Below are positions 11,364 to 21,615 of a DNA stretch of 64,000 nt, one piece after another. This DNA is from Bacteroidota bacterium (lineage in GTDB: Bacteria; Bacteroidota; Bacteroidia; Chitinophagales; JADJOU01): contig JADJOU010000008.1 of assembly GCA_016713645.1 (NCBI GenBank), positions 43,472 to 107,471 on the forward strand, read 5' to 3'. The translations under genes and the position numbers were made by a program. The stretch's first letter is position 1. Every line of letters starts with the position of its first letter. The notes below the pieces were generated by a model. The model was given only the letters and a program-made list of their open reading frames with translations. It was not told the DNA's origin and did not search any database.

Positions 11364-11393
11364 TTTGAGCCCTTTAATAGCACAATAAATTTG
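11364..11393 (+). promoter_or_regulatory. Putative Bacteroidota-type promoter (TTTG at 11364-11367, TAAATTTG at 11386-11393)
   Basis: TTTG, an 18-nt spacer, then TAnnTTTG. The -7 box ends 26 nt upstream of the ATG at 11420. Confidence 0.5.
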
Positions 11394-11419
11394 CGCTATA
11401 AACAATTTACATTATCATC

Positions 11420-12751
11420 ATGAAACAGATTAAAAAATTAAAACGCATCAGTGTTATTGCGCTAATCAGCTTATTTACAACCAATCTATTTGCGCAAAAA
11501 ATTCAATTCGAAACTATTGAAATTAATTATGGAAACGTCGTAGGTGGAGTAAAAAAGAAAAATGAATTCTTAGTATTCACAGGGCCTACACCATTAACAA
11601 TAAATAGCGGAATCTCTCTTAACAAAGACAATGGTGACTATAAAGGCAAATTAACTTTAATTGGGAATGACAGAAAGGGCAAAAGACTTAGTATTATGAC
11701 GGATATAACTTATAGTGCAACTAGATATAGAAACACGAGCAAGGTAGATATCAAGCCCGAGCAAGACAACGAGATTTATATCAACGAAATAATGATTTCT
11801 GTAACGGACTCAAAAGGCAATACGACATCTGCGACTGAGCCCATCTTTAATGCACGGACCAATACGAGTTTTGCTGTTTTGCTGAATGGCATTTCAAGTG
11901 ATAAATTTTGCGATGAACAAAAACTGAATGCCGTATTTATGAATCAATCCGTTGGTTTCGGAATATTCGCTGTTGTATTGGGATTAAACAATACAAAGAC
12001 GGGTCCCTCGCCAATCGAAAAAGCGATGACTGCAGGAAGAGGAAATGGAATCGGGAGATATGTTTGGACAACTAGTCATGATCAGAGAACAACGAGAATT
12101 GTTGCGCCTACAACAGACAATGCAGGAAACTGGACATTTGAAGACAAAATGCCCATAAAAGATGAAAAAAACCCACCAGTTCTTGAGAGTTTTGAAATGA
12201 TTTATATAACTGCTTGCAATGATACTTACACGTATAAAAGTGTTTTCATGCAAAAGCTAGCTGATATTAAACCATGGGATTATAAAGTAAGAATGGACAA
12301 TGTAATAGCTACAGATAATCCCGTATTCCAAGGTGGAGGTAATGTTATGACGAATGTCTTGGGTTTAACCTTCCCTAGTTCTTCTGTTACAATAACAGGA
12401 GGAAGTATAGCAATCGCTGACCATTCAAAATTCAGTATTGGCTTGAGCAATACCAATGTTGGAAATGGCGGTATCAACTACAAAAAAATCAATGATGTCT
12501 TTATAAACATTCAATTCAAATCAGAAAGCGATAGAGTATTCTATCACTGGGGAAGCGTCGTGTCTACCTCAAACCCAAGAATTGCAATTAACACCGACTC
12601 GCTAAAAATCAAAGATTACACCATTGTAAATGCTGAAATTCGCGTTGTCAACGACAAAAAGATACCCTCGTATATGAGAGCAATGGAAAGTTTGCAACTT
12701 CATTGGATGGAAAACAACCTTTTTATTGTTGGAGAAATCAGAGAAAATTAA
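11420..12751 (+). CDS. Secreted hypothetical protein (signal peptide; no family recognised)
   Basis: 443-aa ORF. The N-terminus (MKQIKKLKRISVIALISLFTTNLFAQ) is a typical Bacteroidota signal peptide. Confidence 0.7.
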   Translation: MKQIKKLKRISVIALISLFTTNLFAQKIQFETIEINYGNVVGGVKKKNEFLVFTGPTPLTINSGISLNKDNGDYKGKLTLIGNDRKGKRLSIMTDITYSATRYRNTSKVDIKPEQDNEIYINEIMISVTDSKGNTTSATEPIFNARTNTSFAVLLNGISSDKFCDEQKLNAVFMNQSVGFGIFAVVLGLNNTKTGPSPIEKAMTAGRGNGIGRYVWTTSHDQRTTRIVAPTTDNAGNWTFEDKMPIKDEKNPPVLESFEMIYITACNDTYTYKSVFMQKLADIKPWDYKVRMDNVIATDNPVFQGGGNVMTNVLGLTFPSSSVTITGGSIAIADHSKFSIGLSNTNVGNGGINYKKINDVFINIQFKSESDRVFYHWGSVVSTSNPRIAINTDSLKIKDYTIVNAEIRVVNDKKIPSYMRAMESLQLHWMENNLFIVGEIREN

Positions 12752-12803
12752 ATTGATCAAAGAGAGCTATGCCTTTGGAAAATCGAGCTTAATAGTGACA
12801 GAT

Positions 12804-13160
12804 TTGAAAACATTATTGGCATTGACCTTCTTCTTTTCTTTGAAAAAAGGAAGTAGCATTCCAGCATCGATGGTCGCTCAAGTAGAGATTAATACTTGCA
12901 AAACTGTTCCCGAATTTATAGCAGTAAAGCTAAAATATGATCCTATTTCGGGTTTATGGACAGGTGGTCAATCTATCTTACAAACAGCAGAATGCCCCGT
13001 GACAGTAAAAGGATTTAAAATCAATATCGTCAACACTTGTGGCATTACTTATTCTGCAAAGAATGGCTATTTTGACGAAACAAAAAACACCTGGATTTGT
13101 GAAGATGAATGCTTAAAAGTAAACACAGATACTTTTTGCGGGAGTACAGATCATTTCTAA
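12804..13160 (+). CDS. Small secreted six-cysteine protein (hypothetical)
   Basis: The ORF track gives 12726-13160. An in-frame TTG at 12804 yields MKTLLALTFFFSL... (a signal peptide) and a mature part of about 95 aa with 6 Cys. The start codon is uncertain. Confidence 0.5.
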   Translation: MKTLLALTFFFSLKKGSSIPASMVAQVEINTCKTVPEFIAVKLKYDPISGLWTGGQSILQTAECPVTVKGFKINIVNTCGITYSAKNGYFDETKNTWICEDECLKVNTDTFCGSTDHF

Positions 13161-13183
13161 TTTGGAAGAATAGAATTTTTACA

Positions 13184-13214
13184 AAACGCACTCTGATTGG
13201 GGTGCGTTTTTTTT
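13184..13214 (+). terminator. Rho-independent terminator
   Basis: Stem AAACGCAC (13184-13191) pairs with GTGCGTTT (13202-13209), followed by a T run to 13214. It lies 24 nt after the stop at 13160. Confidence 0.75.
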
Positions 13215-13290
13215 ATAATCCCCCTTTCTATCCATTCTTCCCAATACAATTTGTGCAATTCTACGTCTATTTCATTCCCCACCGTAAACA

Positions 13291-13331
13291 AAAATGCCCA
13301 AAGAAAAATTGTATTTCTTGGGCATTTTTTA
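13291..13331. terminator. Hairpin terminator, probably bidirectional (serves the minus-strand ABC gene)
   Basis: ATGCCCAA (13294-13301) pairs with TTGGGCAT (13318-13325), with an extended stem. T runs follow on both strands. Confidence 0.6.
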
Positions 13332-13380
13332 TTGCAAATTGTTTTGATCCAACAAACTTGGCTTCGGCCATTGTTAATCA

Positions 13381-15174
13381 TTAAGCCATCCTTGCGGCCT
13401 TATTCCGCTTGATGTCTTCCAAACTTCCCTTTGGAATAGCTTGAATCAATTTCTGTGTATACTCATTCGATGGATTATTGTAAATATCATCGGCATAGCC
13501 CATTTCTTCCACCTTTCCCTTGTTCATCACCACCATTCTATCGCTCATAAACTTCACCACCGATAAATCATGTGAGATGAAAATATAGGTAAACTTAAAC
13601 TCTTCGCGAAGGTTAATTAATAGATTCAATACCTGTGCCTGCACAGAAACATCTAATGCTGAAACAGACTCGTCGCAAATGATGAATTTTGGATTCAATG
13701 CCAATGCACGTGCAATACATACCCGCTGTCTCTGTCCACCAGAAAACTCATGTGGATATCGCGCAAATTGCTCTGGCTTCATATTCACTTTCTCTAACAA
13801 CTCGATTGTCTTTTCCTTGCGCTCTTTGTCGCTGCCATAGATTCCATGCACCATCATCGGCTCCATAATCGCATTGCCAATTGTCATCCTCGGATTGAGC
13901 GAAGAATAGGGATCCTGGAAGATAATCTGCATCTCTTTTCTCAAGTCCAACATATCTGCTTGATTCAAATCCAATACATTTCTTCCCTTATAAATAATCT
14001 CTCCTGCCGTAGCTGGCGCCAATCTCAATATCGTTCTTCCAAGCGTTGTCTTTCCGCATCCAGACTCACCAACCAATCCCATCGTTTCACCTTCATATAC
14101 ATCAAAAGTCACATCATCCACCGCTTTGACATAATCCTTTACATTGCCGAAAAAATCGCGCTTAGAAGGAAAATAGGTCTTTACCCCTTTCAATTGCAAT
14201 ATCTTCTCTCTTGTCATCAATTCAGCCCTGCGCTTCAAGGTATCTTCCTTGGTCACAATCACATTCTTAATCGCTTCCTCTACCGAACTCTGCAATTCGA
14301 TAATTTGTCCATTCTCCTCTTTCATGAAATCTGTCACGGTAGGCAATACCCTCAAACGCAAATCCAATGGCGGTCGGCACGCCAACAAGCCCTTGGTATA
14401 TGGATGCTTAGGACTCTCAAAGATAGAGACCACATCGCCTTGCTCGACGATTCTTCCCTTATACATCACCAATACTCTATCGGCAATTTCTGCAATTACA
14501 CCCAAATCATGTGTGATGAAAATAACGGCTGAATCAATTTCCTTCTTCAAATCATTCATCAATTGCAATATCGTCTTCTGCACAGTTACATCTAATGCCG
14601 TTGTCGGTTCATCTGCAATCAATACGCCCGGTTTGCAACTCATCGCCATAGCGATCATCACCCTTTGTTTTTGTCCTCCAGACAATTGATGCGGATAGGC
14701 ATTCAATACGCGTTTTGGATCCGGTAGTTTTACTTTTTCAAATAATTCCAAGGTCAATTTCTCCGCCTCTTGCTTGGTCACCTTCTGATGCAATAAAATG
14801 GTCTCCATCACCTGATTTCCGCATGTGAATACTGGATTCAAAGAGGTCATCGGCTCTTGAAATATCATCGCCAATTCATTCCCTCTGAAGGATTGCATTT
14901 CTTTTTCTGAGATTTTTACTAAATCTATTTGCTTGCCATCCTTGGTGTGATAGATAATCTGTCCCGAGGCAATTCTGCCCGGCGGATTTGGAATCAAACG
15001 CATAGCAGACAATGAAGTAACTGATTTACCAGAACCTGATTCTCCCACAATTCCTATTGTCTCTCCTCGATATAAATCAAAGCTGACATCATTCACCGCT
15101 TTGACAATCCCATCATCTGTCTTAAATTCTGTTACAAGGTTTTTTACTTCTAACAATAACTTTTTTTCCATCAT
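13381..15174 (-). CDS. ABC transporter ATP-binding protein with duplicated ATPase domains (Dpp/Opp/YejF-like)
   Basis: 597-aa ORF with two Walker A motifs (GESGSGKS, GESGCGKT), two LSGGQ signatures (QLSGGQKQR, EFSGGQRQR) and two Walker B motifs. Confidence 0.92.
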   Translation of the reverse strand: MMEKKLLLEVKNLVTEFKTDDGIVKAVNDVSFDLYRGETIGIVGESGSGKSVTSLSAMRLIPNPPGRIASGQIIYHTKDGKQIDLVKISEKEMQSFRGNELAMIFQEPMTSLNPVFTCGNQVMETILLHQKVTKQEAEKLTLELFEKVKLPDPKRVLNAYPHQLSGGQKQRVMIAMAMSCKPGVLIADEPTTALDVTVQKTILQLMNDLKKEIDSAVIFITHDLGVIAEIADRVLVMYKGRIVEQGDVVSIFESPKHPYTKGLLACRPPLDLRLRVLPTVTDFMKEENGQIIELQSSVEEAIKNVIVTKEDTLKRRAELMTREKILQLKGVKTYFPSKRDFFGNVKDYVKAVDDVTFDVYEGETMGLVGESGCGKTTLGRTILRLAPATAGEIIYKGRNVLDLNQADMLDLRKEMQIIFQDPYSSLNPRMTIGNAIMEPMMVHGIYGSDKERKEKTIELLEKVNMKPEQFARYPHEFSGGQRQRVCIARALALNPKFIICDESVSALDVSVQAQVLNLLINLREEFKFTYIFISHDLSVVKFMSDRMVVMNKGKVEEMGYADDIYNNPSNEYTQKLIQAIPKGSLEDIKRNKAARMA

Positions 15175-15421
15175 TGAAAATTTACGAATGCCAAACGTAC
15201 ATAAAAATTTTGAATCTAATTAGACTAAACGGGATTTCTCATAGCATTCCCCTTAAAACCAGCTGTTTGTCACCTTTTTTGCCTCTTAGATGCCCATCCG
15301 CTTTACGACGGATATTTAGCTCTTTTGCTCAACCCAATCATTCGCGCAGACTTCGAAGGATTGATTTCGACGATGCTAAATTTCTCAAACTTATTTGAAC
15401 ATCCTTTAAAATTAAATACAT

Positions 15422-17569
15422 TTGGACTCCTTTTTAAAACGGCAGATTCATTATAACCTAAACCCATTATTTATCAATATCATCATCTCATATCCCTATT
15501 ATTTTATCCTCTTCTGCCTATTCTTAGGTTTCGTTTTTGCATGGATATTATATAGAGACGAGACAAAATTCAACATTCAAGAGAAAAAGCATTGGCTCTA
15601 TGTATTGAGGACTTTGCGTTTTATGGCGGGCTCTTTACTGGCTTTCTTGCTCCTTTCTCCTTTTGTCAAAATTAAAAAAAACATCGTAGAAAACCCCACA
15701 GTCGTTATCGCGATAGACAATTCCTCATCGATTCTCCAAGATAAAAACTTTAATGCTCAAGCTTTTCGTGCGAATTTAGAATCGCTGACAAAAGCCCTTA
15801 GCGATAAATGTCAAGTGGAAGTTTTCTCTTTCGGCTCTGCGCTTCAAAAAGATAGCTTGTATCACTTTTCCGATAAAGAGACAGACATCTCCAGCGCCAT
15901 AGAAGAAGTCGACAATACCTATTTCAACCAAAACCTCACCGCATTGGTCATCGCATCAGATGGTTTATTCAATAAGGGCATTCACCCTTTTTATTCTAAG
16001 ACAAGCAGCTCTTTTCCCATTTATACCATTGCGCTCGGCGATAGCAATATTAAAAAAGACATCAGTATAATCGATGTGCACCACAATAAATTCGCCTATC
16101 TCAACGATAAGACCACTGTTGAATTGGACATTGAAGCCAATAATTATGCCGGTGCTAAATCAGAACTTTCTCTCTACCATATTTTGCCTAATGGCAATGC
16201 CAAAATTATTGGTCAGCCTATCCAAATAAACTCTAATCGATTCAACCAAACAGCGACGCTATACATTGACTGCAAAACGGTTGGTCTCGGCCATTATCGA
16301 GCTGTAATAGGAGCTCTGCCTGGCGAGTCTGTCACACAAAACAATACAAGAGATTTCTTTATCGAAGTGCTCGACGGAAGGAAAAAAATACTCATCGTTG
16401 GTTCTTCCCCGCACCCTGACATGACGGCGCTCAAACAGTCCCTTGAACAATCCAAAAACTATCAAGTAGATATTGATTTTACCAATGCGCGCTTGGCAAA
16501 TTTAAATGAATACCAATTGGTGGTCATGCATCAAATGCCTTCCAACACCAATGCTGCTGGCGATTGGAATAAGGCAATTCTCGAGAAAAAAATCCCTTGT
16601 CTCTATATTATCACATCCCATTCCCAATTGGCCCTATTCAATAGCCTTCAATCCAATTTGGAAATTACGAAACAAGCAGATGCTCAGCAAGATTTATTTC
16701 CATCCATCCCGAATAGCTTCGATTTATTTTCCTTAACGGAAGAATCCAAAGCGCTGATGAAACGCGTTCCCCCTTTGGATTTTACCTATTCTTCGATACG
16801 CCCCAAATCTGCACTAAATATCCTCTTGAAACAAAAAATTGGTGCCATAGAAACAGAATTTCCACTCATCGCTTTTGGCGAGAGCAATGGTGTTAAAAAT
16901 GGCTATATCATCGGCGAAGGCATATGGAGATGGCGTTTATATGAATTTCAACAGAATCAATCGCACACATACTTTGACGAATACTTCACCAAAATCTTCA
17001 ATTATCTAGCTGTAAAAAAGGATAATCGCCCTTTCCGAGTCAATTTAGCCAAAAATATTTATCGCGAAAATGAAGCCGTCAAATTAGAAGCCCAATTATA
17101 CAATCCCTCTTTTGAATTGGTCAATACACCTGATGCGAGTATAGAAGTTAAAAATCGCGAGGGCAAGACGTATAAATTTAATTTTGCTAAAAAAGACAAA
17201 ATCTATTCGCTCGACATTGGATATCTCCCCGCTGGAGACTACGATTATAAAGCGGTTTGCAATTACAATGGAACAAATTATATAGCCGATGGAGCCTTTA
17301 TCATCAGCCCACTGCAATTGGAATTATCCAAAATTACTGCTGATCACCAATTGTTAAATTCACTCGCAGCTAAGCGCAACGGTTCAATGTATTATCCCAA
17401 CCAAATCGATCTCATGGCAAAAGAGATGTTGGAAAAACTTCCCTTTAAAAAACTGCTCTACGAATCTTCTGAAACCAATCCAATCAACAATTTGTGGTGG
17501 ATACTCGCAATTGTTATTTTGCTATTGGCCGCCGAGTGGTTCATTAGAAAGTATTTGGGCGACTACTAA
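15422..17569 (+). CDS. Membrane-anchored vWA-like domain protein (hypothetical)
   Basis: 715-aa ORF with N-terminal TM helices, a MIDAS-like DNSSS motif (VVIAIDNSSS) and a C-terminal TM helix (WWILAIVILLLAAEWF). The TTG start is uncertain. Confidence 0.6.
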   Translation: MDSFLKRQIHYNLNPLFINIIISYPYYFILFCLFLGFVFAWILYRDETKFNIQEKKHWLYVLRTLRFMAGSLLAFLLLSPFVKIKKNIVENPTVVIAIDNSSSILQDKNFNAQAFRANLESLTKALSDKCQVEVFSFGSALQKDSLYHFSDKETDISSAIEEVDNTYFNQNLTALVIASDGLFNKGIHPFYSKTSSSFPIYTIALGDSNIKKDISIIDVHHNKFAYLNDKTTVELDIEANNYAGAKSELSLYHILPNGNAKIIGQPIQINSNRFNQTATLYIDCKTVGLGHYRAVIGALPGESVTQNNTRDFFIEVLDGRKKILIVGSSPHPDMTALKQSLEQSKNYQVDIDFTNARLANLNEYQLVVMHQMPSNTNAAGDWNKAILEKKIPCLYIITSHSQLALFNSLQSNLEITKQADAQQDLFPSIPNSFDLFSLTEESKALMKRVPPLDFTYSSIRPKSALNILLKQKIGAIETEFPLIAFGESNGVKNGYIIGEGIWRWRLYEFQQNQSHTYFDEYFTKIFNYLAVKKDNRPFRVNLAKNIYRENEAVKLEAQLYNPSFELVNTPDASIEVKNREGKTYKFNFAKKDKIYSLDIGYLPAGDYDYKAVCNYNGTNYIADGAFIISPLQLELSKITADHQLLNSLAAKRNGSMYYPNQIDLMAKEMLEKLPFKKLLYESSETNPINNLWWILAIVILLLAAEWFIRKYLGDY

Positions 17570-17683
17570 TTAAGGCTATTGCAAACCCTCTTTCAAAGTT
17601 CCACTTAGCACAAAATGATTTTTTAAATGACTTATTTCAAAAGATACTTATTTTTATCCTTTTATAAATAGCGAACAACCCGA

Positions 17684-19116
17684 ATGTACAAATTCTTATT
17701 GATTCTTCTTATCCCTATTGGTGCATTTTCACAAAAAGCTTTGTCGATAAAAAACTGCATTCAAATCGCCTTAGAGAAAAACCTTCAAATCAAACAATCC
17801 CTGATTCAAGAATCTATTGCGCGAAACAATTCTAAACAGTCGCAAAACAATCTATTGCCCTCCGTGTCCGTGGATATGAGCGGTGGATTGAGTTTGGGAA
17901 ACTCCCTCAACCCGACAACCTATGAAGTGCAATTCCGAAATGCCTATTCCTCTACTTTAGGCGTTGGGGCGCAAATGACCATATTCTCTGGATTACAACA
18001 AATCAATAATATCGAACGCACAAAGGCCCTTCTCTCAAGTGCCTCCATGGACAAGGAAACTTTTATCAACAACCTCGCACTAACTGTTTCCAACCTCTAT
18101 TTGCAAATTTTACTCGCCAAAGAATTATTGACCACATCCATCAATCAATCCAAATTGACCATTGAAGAAATCAAGCGTACTTCTGAATTAATTGAAGCCG
18201 GGGTATTGCAAAAGGGAATTCAATTGATCTCGAGGCTCAAAGTGCAAGAGACGAGCTCAATATTGTCAAAGCACAGAACAGTTATGATTTGCTCGTTTTC
18301 CAAATGAAACAGTTGCTCTTGATGCCTTTGAGAGCAGACATTCAATTCGAAACTTCCTACAAGTTGAGAGAAGCCCTCTACAACTTAGATGGTATTGATA
18401 CCATTACTTCTCGTGCAATCGCTAGAATGCCTCAAGTCAAAAGCGATGAATTCAAATTGCGCGCCGCACAGAGACAAGTCTATATGTCTAAAGGGGCCTT
18501 TTCACCGACATTGAGCTTGTCCTATTATTCGGGGTCTAATTTCATCAACCTCGCTCAAGATTACCGAGACTCGACTGTCATCGTGGATCCGAGCCCTATT
18601 GGAAATGTCTTTGTCCCACAATTGAACTCCTTTGTCACCATTAATTCTTTACAGAGTTCATATACAGGAAAAGTGCCTGATGGTGAAAGGCCTTATTGGA
18701 TGCAGATTTCCGACAATCTATCACACCGTGTGACGCTTTCGATGAGTATTCCCATCTTCTCCAGATTTCAGCGCAAAACCAATTTGTCAAATTCTTTTCT
18801 GCAGTTGAAAAACCAGGAATTGCAACTCGAGCAGACAAAAAACAAAATTCGCGAGGAGATTTATACCGCTTATATCAATTATAAAAATGCACAGAAAGCA
18901 TATTATGCCAACGTGACCAACGCCAAGGCCTTCGACAATTCACTCAATTTTGCTAGAGAAAAATTCAATGCCGGTGTAATCAACTCGCTTGATTTCAACA
19001 CCACAGTCACCAATGACCAAAATGCAAAATCTGAATTGTTAAGATCGAAGTATGAATATATTTTTAGAAAAATTGTCTTAGACTTTTACGTCTATGGTGT
19101 GGTAAATATTGAATAA
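17684..19116 (+). pseudogene. TolC-family outer membrane efflux protein, frameshifted
   Basis: ORFs 17684-18307 and 18289-19116. The second frame is open further upstream and reads KGNSIDLEAQSARDELNIVKAQNSYDLLVFQMKQLL. A single-base indel lies near 18200-18215. Confidence 0.85.
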
Positions 19117-19118
19117 AA

Positions 19119-20405
19119 ATGAATAAAAACTATTTGTATATAGGCATTGGTGTAGCCATTTTATTAGCGCTTGCGGTATTGGGCAAAAAGCGCGGCTGGT
19201 GGGGTGATGTGAAGGGAATTGAAGTTGCTGTTGAAGCCGCAGCAAAGAGAGATATTTTTGAAAAAGTAAATGCTCAAGGGACTTTATTCTCTGCGACAGA
19301 GATAAAGATTAGCTCTGAAGTTTCAGGTGAAATCATTGGACTGCATACCAAAGAAGGCGCATGGGTAAATAAAGGCGATTTAATCCTCGAAATCAATCCC
19401 ACCATATATAAAACTTTGATTGACCAAGCGCAAGCCCAAGTCAATCAAATGAAAGCCAACCTCGCAACGGTAAAGGCGCGAAACAAACAAGCCATCGCCA
19501 GTTATGCCATCGCTGAAAAAGACTATGCCCGCAAAGAAGGTCTTTATAAAAAAGATATCATCGCCATTCAAGAATTCAATCAATCGGAATCACAATATTT
19601 AGCATCAAAAGGAGAGAAAGAGGCCTCTGAGGAAAATGTGCATGCCGCCGAATTTCAACTTGAAAATGCACAAGCAGGTTTTAAACAAGCGCAAGAGAAT
19701 CTAAGCCGAACAAAAATCTATGCGCCTATGAGTGGCACGGTCTCCAAACAAAGTGTTGAGTTAGGCGAGCGCGTTGTCGGAACAGCCCAGATGTCTGGAA
19801 CAGAATTAATCCGGATTTCCGATTTAAACAATATGGAAGTGCGCGTAGATGTCTCTGAAAATGATATTGTCAAGACCAATATCGGCGACTCCGCGATTAT
19901 TGACATTGAAAGTTATCCAGATATAAAATTTAAAGGCGTCGTTTCTCAAAAGGCCTATTCATCGAATCAAAACTCCATGATCACAGACAAAGTGACCAAT
20001 TTTATTGTGAGAATAAAGTTAGACAAAACAGCCATTTCCTCCAATTCAACGTTGGGCTCTGAACAATTTCCCTTTAGGCCGGGCATGACTGCTTCTGCAG
20101 ATATCATTACCAATAAGGCCATCGGCGTGCTTGCTGTGCCGATTCAATGCGTCACCACGCGCGAAAAAGAAAAAAACAAGGACGAGACGGATGAAGTTGT
20201 CTTCTTCGCCGATAAAAACAAAGCAGTTAAAAGAATCGTTAAAACGGGGATACAAGACGACAACTACATAGAAATTAAATCGGGCGTAAAGCTTGGCGAT
20301 AAGGTGATTAAAGCGCCTTTCAGGGTAATTGCCAAAACCATAAAAGCGGACGATGTTATTGTTGAAGTAGACGAGGAAAAATTGAATAATAAGAAAGAGA
20401 AGTAA
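19119..20405 (+). CDS. Efflux transporter periplasmic adaptor subunit (HlyD/MFP family)
   Basis: 428-aa ORF with an N-terminal TM helix, a lipoyl-like/coiled-coil pattern (KIYAPMSGTV) and a beta-barrel domain. It starts 2 nt after the TolC gene. Confidence 0.85.
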   Translation: MNKNYLYIGIGVAILLALAVLGKKRGWWGDVKGIEVAVEAAAKRDIFEKVNAQGTLFSATEIKISSEVSGEIIGLHTKEGAWVNKGDLILEINPTIYKTLIDQAQAQVNQMKANLATVKARNKQAIASYAIAEKDYARKEGLYKKDIIAIQEFNQSESQYLASKGEKEASEENVHAAEFQLENAQAGFKQAQENLSRTKIYAPMSGTVSKQSVELGERVVGTAQMSGTELIRISDLNNMEVRVDVSENDIVKTNIGDSAIIDIESYPDIKFKGVVSQKAYSSNQNSMITDKVTNFIVRIKLDKTAISSNSTLGSEQFPFRPGMTASADIITNKAIGVLAVPIQCVTTREKEKNKDETDEVVFFADKNKAVKRIVKTGIQDDNYIEIKSGVKLGDKVIKAPFRVIAKTIKADDVIVEVDEEKLNNKKEK

Positions 20406-20435
20406 GGCTCCTCCCGTCACTAAATAGCAGCATGT

Positions 20436-21578
20436 ATGCATCCATTTCAACTGTCATACTGGGAGCAAAAATCATTCTTTTCAAACATTGATTTATTGGT
20501 GGTAGGCAGCGGGATTGTCGGACTCAATGCTGCATGGGCTTTTAAAAAACGCCAACCTTCTGCAAATGTTCTAGTCATTGAAAAAAGTTTTCTCCCCTAC
20601 GGCGCGAGCACACGCAATGCTGGCTTTGCCTGCTTTGGCAGCTTGTCAGAATTGATCGAAGATAAAAAAACAATGGGTGAAAAAGCCATGTTTGATTTGG
20701 TTGAAAAGCGCATTCGCGGACTTGATAAACTGCGCAAAAATCTCGGAGACGAATCCATTGGATACAAGCATTACGGAGGATATGAATTGTTTAGGAAATC
20801 CGATTTTCCTCTCTACGAATCTTGCCTCAATGAAATGCAATATTTCAATGAATCCCTAGAAAAATATACCCAGCAAAAGTCTACGTTTGAAATGAAAGAT
20901 GCATCCATTTCTCACATGGGATTTGCTGAAACAGAACATATGCTTTGGAATAATGCAGAAGGTCAAATCGACACCGGGATGATGATGAACTCTTTGCTCT
21001 CTGCCTGCCGAAATTCTGGGATACAGATACTCAATGGCATCTCAATTGAAAGATTTGATGGCGCACAAGGGCGCGTTAGTGTGCTCACAGACGCCGGATT
21101 TGAGTTCTCTGTTAAAAAGCTCATCATTACCACCAATGCTTTCGCCAAAGACCTCCTTCCCGAACTGGAAGTCGAACCTGCACGCGCTCAGGTATTAATC
21201 ACAGCACCTATTCCCAATTTAAACATTAAAGGTTGCTTCCATTTTGATCGCGGTTATTATTATTTCCGGAATATCGACAATCGCATTTTGTTTGGAGGCG
21301 CAAGAAACTCAGCCTTTGAAGACGAAGCCACCACTTACTTTGGTATAACACAAACAATCCAACACAAATTAGAGCATATTCTTGCAGAAACCATTCTGCC
21401 CAATACACCTTTCACCATAGAAAATCGCTGGAGTGGAATTATGGGTCTCGGACCTAAAAAAGGGCCCATTGTCAAAGCGATCTCCGCGAATGTCTTCTGC
21501 GCCGTTCGCATGTCGGGGATGGGCGTGGCCATTGGCTCTGAGATAGGCGAAGATGTCGCTAAACTCGCTTCTAATTAA
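20436..21578 (+). CDS. FAD-dependent oxidoreductase (DAO family)
   Basis: 380-aa ORF with an N-terminal dinucleotide-binding motif (LLVVGSGIVGLNAA). Confidence 0.8.
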   Translation: MHPFQLSYWEQKSFFSNIDLLVVGSGIVGLNAAWAFKKRQPSANVLVIEKSFLPYGASTRNAGFACFGSLSELIEDKKTMGEKAMFDLVEKRIRGLDKLRKNLGDESIGYKHYGGYELFRKSDFPLYESCLNEMQYFNESLEKYTQQKSTFEMKDASISHMGFAETEHMLWNNAEGQIDTGMMMNSLLSACRNSGIQILNGISIERFDGAQGRVSVLTDAGFEFSVKKLIITTNAFAKDLLPELEVEPARAQVLITAPIPNLNIKGCFHFDRGYYYFRNIDNRILFGGARNSAFEDEATTYFGITQTIQHKLEHILAETILPNTPFTIENRWSGIMGLGPKKGPIVKAISANVFCAVRMSGMGVAIGSEIGEDVAKLASN

Positions 21579-21615
21579 GCCGCTTTTCAGAACAGAATCA
21601 TTTGTCTTTTAACAT

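Noticed and set aside
13846-14532. 228-aa ORF (and 14249-14689, 146 aa) on the plus strand
   Set aside because: It lies entirely antisense to the ABC ATPase gene, whose Walker A/B and LSGGQ motifs are unambiguous. The translation is low-complexity and His/Leu/Ile-rich, typical of a shadow ORF.
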